Positions 60,236 through 64,000 of a stretch of DNA of 64,000 nt are shown in pieces. The notes below the pieces were generated by a model, which worked only from the letters and a program-made list of their open reading frames with translations, was not told the origin of the DNA and did no database searches. Numbering within the stretch: the stretch's first letter is position 1; every line of letters begins with the position of its first letter. The position numbers and the translations under genes are program-made. The stretch is from Felis catus (Eukaryota), in NCBI RefSeq assembly GCF_018350175.1, contig NC_058368.1, forward strand, positions 110,610,001 to 110,674,000, written 5' to 3'.

Positions 60236-62193
60236 TGGCTTCTAGGAAGATGGAGTAGAAAACTTTTCCCTATTTCTCCAGTGAAAAAACTAACTCTGGA
60301 TATTATATGTAAAATAGCTTAAGAAGACTGAAAGGTGGAGAGAATACAGCAGAATGGTTAGAGACCTCAAGATGTGAGAAACAACCTAGTAGTGACTTTC
60401 CTGGATTTTCTTTTTACCTCATATATTCTAGACTTGTACCTGAAGAAGACAGCAACCTGGAAACGGCAAGGAGTATGGATAAAAACATGCCATCTCCTCC
60501 CCCCAAAAAAGCTCTCTCTCTAAAAGATCAGGAGAGACGCAGCCTCGTAAGAAAGAAAACTTCTAGACAATGACTGCTCTACTCGAGGCAAACACCCACA
60601 AAAAAACAAAAAACAAAAAACAAAAAAACTGTGGCTCTGCTCACATCCACACCAACAAAGGCCAAGTAGAAAGCCTAGATTTCCGCCCTCAGCAGGCTGT
60701 AATAAGGTGCCTCTTCCCCTCCACAATAATGTTGTCAGAAGAGGCCTAATGGAGAGTCAAGACTTTAACCATCACCCAATAGTAATGAGGCCACTCCCAC
60801 CACTATGTAAGTACAGGCCATCAGTGGAGACAGAACTCCCATTCTTGTCTAGAAGTAACAAGAAGACTACCACTCTTTGGGTGACAACAGCGATCAAATG
60901 GAGACTCCAGATTCCCACCTCTACCTGACAATAATGTGCAGTAATTCCCTCCTCCCCTGCCACAGTTATGTCATAAAAAGCTAACCAAAAGAGAAAGTTT
61001 AAATAAGACCAGAGTCTTGAAAATACAAACTACTACAACTCACTCAGTATGAAATACATCATTTGAATACCCCTATTATCATTAAGGAAACTGAATCCTT
61101 AATTTTAAAATTCCCAAAAAATTAATCTCCAGGCTCAAATGGTTTAGCCACTAAGGAAACACAAATTAAAACCACAATAAAGATATCACTACACAACTAT
61201 CAGAATGACAGTAAAATAAAAAGTATTGACAACACCAAATATTGGCAAAGATGCAGGGAAGCTAGATCATTTCTATGTTGCTGGTGGTAACACAAAATAG
61301 GACAACTATGCCAGAAAACACGTTGGCAGTTTCTTTTTTTTTTTAATGTTTTTATTTATTTTTGAGACAGAGACAGAGCATGAGCAAGGGAGGGGCAGAA
61401 AGAGAGGGAAACACAAAATCCAAAGCAGGCTCCAGGCTCTGAGCTGTCAGCACAGAGCCCAACATGGGGCTCGAACTCACGAGCTGTGAGATCATGACCT
61501 GAGCCGAAGTCGGACACTCAACCGACTGAGCCACCCAGGTGTCCCAGTTTGACATTTTCTTAAAAAACTGAGTATCTAACTACCACGTGACCCAGCAATT
61601 GCACGCCTGAACATTTATCCCAAAGAAATGAAATCTTAGGATCATACAAAAAATCCGTACATCAATGTTTACTTCGTATTAATCATAACACTCAAAAACT
61701 GGAAACAACCTAGACATCCTTCAAAGGATGAATGGTTAAACAAAGTGTAGTGTGGCTACATGATAATGGAATATTACTCAGCAATTAAAAAAAAAAAAAA
61801 CTATTGACACATGAAACAACTTGATGAATCTCCAGAGAATTATGCTAGGTAAAAAAAGCCAAGTCCAAAAAGTTATATACCATATGATTTCATTTATATC
61901 ACATTCTCAAAATGACAAAATTAAAGAAATAAATAACAGATTAGTGGTTGCCAGGATTTCAGGAGGGATTAGGGAAAGGAAGGACATGGGAGTGACTATA
62001 AAAGGGCAACATGAGAGGTTGATGGAAATGCTCTTTATCTTGACTAGCAATGTCAGTGTCCTGACTATGATACTGTACTACAGTTTCTTAAGATGTAACC
62101 ACTAGGGAAAATGAGTAAAGGGTATACAGGATCTGTATTATTTCTTACAATTGCAAGTAAATCTACAATTATTTCAAAATAAAGAGTTTTAAG
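60236..62193 (+). mobile_element. Internally deleted old L1M (5' end joined to 3' end) inserted in L2, C5orf15 intron 1
   Basis: 5'-like start (ggcttctaggaagatggagtag), ORF2-end and 3' UTR motifs 61150-62190; flanking direct repeats aaatgaattcttactt (60220-60235) / aaatgaattttactt (62194-62208). Confidence 0.7.
61333..61546 (-). mobile_element. SINEC_Fc-type SINE in the intronic L1M
   Basis: Canonical, reverse orientation. Confidence 0.92.
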
Positions 62194-64000
62194 AAATGAA
62201 TTTTACTTCCCACACAAAAAGAAAAAAAAAAAAAAAACTTGCTCTACCTCCAGTCCATATTTCAGTTAGTGGCAATTCTTTTTCTAGTTACTGAAGAAAA
62301 AATCCTGTAATCATTATGTTCTTAATATCCCACAACAAATCTGTTACCGTACCTTCAAAGTGTATTAAAATTTAAAGACTTTTCACCTTGTAACTGGTAC
62401 TGCCTAGTCCAAGCCACTATCATCTTACCTGGCATGTTACAGTAGCCTTCTAACTAATCTGCCTGCTTCTACCCTAACTCCTACTGTCCACTCTCAACAC
62501 AACAGCTCGAGTCATCATCACATTTGAGAATGTGATATAAGTTCAATGTGATTAACTTTGATGTTGCTCCTCTGCTTAAAACCCTCTGAGAGCTCTCCAT
62601 CTCTCAAAAGTGAAATTCCAAGTCTTTGTAATAGCCTACAAGATCCTACAGGATCTGGAGCCTCAATCTTATCTCTTACTTATCTCCCAAACTCCTCTAT
62701 CCCTGTTGCCTACTTAACAGATAGCAATCAATGTTTATAGAATATGCTTTTGACCCAATTCTCACCACAAACCCTACACCACTTCTCAAGTAGGATCTTT
62801 GCACCTATCACACCCTCTGAAAAGCCTTTCCCATAGTTTCAGCCAGGAAAAACCCACTCATTCTTCTAAGGGTATCGTCAATGTTAACCCATTTGTTGTT
62901 GTAACTCCAAAACCTAGCACCAAGTAGGAGCAGAATTAGTAAGTATTGTTCAAAGAGTAAAAACTTGGAAGTAATACACAGAAAACAAATGAAAAATCCA
63001 TCTGAAACATTTGATGCAAATTAGATCAACCTCCTAGACCTCCACTCCTTCAAATCAGAGAATATGATCTAGTCAGAAATGAAGGGTATGCAGAACAAAG
63101 TGAGAACTCTGACTTTATGGATTTAATTGTTGAGCTTCTACAATCATATATAGTACTTTAGACTTCTAAATGTTCCATTTCTGTCCTTTCCTATTTGATA
63201 TTACCTCCCTCATTAAAACATTTTAAAAATAACTTTCCACATTTAATTCTCTTCTATGGGTCCCTTTAAAAAACGGTCTTAATGGCCTGGCAAGACTTAA
63301 TCAGAAGGTGATCATCCAGTGATCCAAAATAATGCTTATATTAATTTTTTTAGATTTTGTCAAAATAAAAATGTAGAACCTTAAAATCCTTTCAGATTGC
63401 CAGGAATACACCTGAGAACTGAAATTTTAAGAAACCTAATATGGAACAAGTTTAAATACATCTAATGGAGGAACTTCCTAACTTTCTATGCTTATTTGAA
63501 GTTTGGGACTCAACATCTCCTATCTAGACTATAAGTTTCATATTACAAGAGTAATTACTTTGAAATCACACTACTCCAAGGCATGCTTACAAAAAACACT
63601 TACACTACCCAAACCTTTACAAATGCTATGCTGTACTAAAATGTAGCTGCTTCCCCCTTAGAAGCATATATGTTAGTTTACATTTAAATTATTTTCAGCA
63701 GGGAATAATATGAATTTTAAATTGACATAAAGACTTAATAAAAAAGAAAAAGATTACCTAAAATGTCCCAGTATGGTTGGAGCAATATTTATGAGGGTCT
63801 AATAAGTAAAAACAAAGACAAGAAGACACCTTAATACTGCAAACTACCCCCTCACTTGCCCCTCTCCACAAGATTTCCAACCATCTCTTAAAGGGAAAAG
63901 TTCTTCCTGCAACTACAGTTACCAGCTACATATCCCTCAGGCTGTATGTCTTTAGCATTTCAGTAAGAAATATAAATGTTTAAATGTTAGTTGTTTTCTT

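Larger units (their letters stand above)
59100..62960 (+). mobile_element. L2 LINE split by the L1M insertion
   Basis: L2-like text 59100-60235 (ctgaaacctggctctcc; ctacttgacatctcctcttgatgtct) continues at 62200-62960 (cctagtccaagccactatcatc..ctgcttaaaaccctc). Confidence 0.7.

Noticed and set aside
62960..64000. Possible C5orf15 exon 1 or promoter
   Set aside because: AT-rich, no CpG island and no signal-peptide-encoding exon; exon 1 must lie beyond the window.

Overview
Eukaryotic, repeat-dense DNA from a carnivore, most likely a felid (about 37 tRNA-derived Can-SINE/SINEC_Fc-type copies plus a carnivore L1). The only supportable protein-coding gene is the 3' part of C5orf15 (KCT2) on the minus strand: a 527-nt internal exon (56457-56983), the last coding exon (55372-55503) and an AT-rich 3' UTR. 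Exon 1 lies beyond the right edge. The rest is intergenic or intronic: a decayed full-length carnivore L1 (36986-45043) nested in an older L1M, a decayed ERV-L gag-pro-pol-dUTPase interior (~23990-27170, minus), MLT1/MLT2/MER54-like LTRs, L2, MIR and simple repeats. I found no evidence of a new multi-gene system. The best leads are retrotransposition and recombination footprints: a probable ~1.1-kb L1 3' transduction, a chimeric SINE tandem duplication, and a tail-less 28-nt U6 retrocopy with a 17-bp TSD. Also notable are a TGN38-like YHRL sorting motif in C5orf15 and inverted SINEs flanking its exon 2. Repeat subfamily names are from recall of consensus sequences, not a database search; old-repeat boundaries are approximate.
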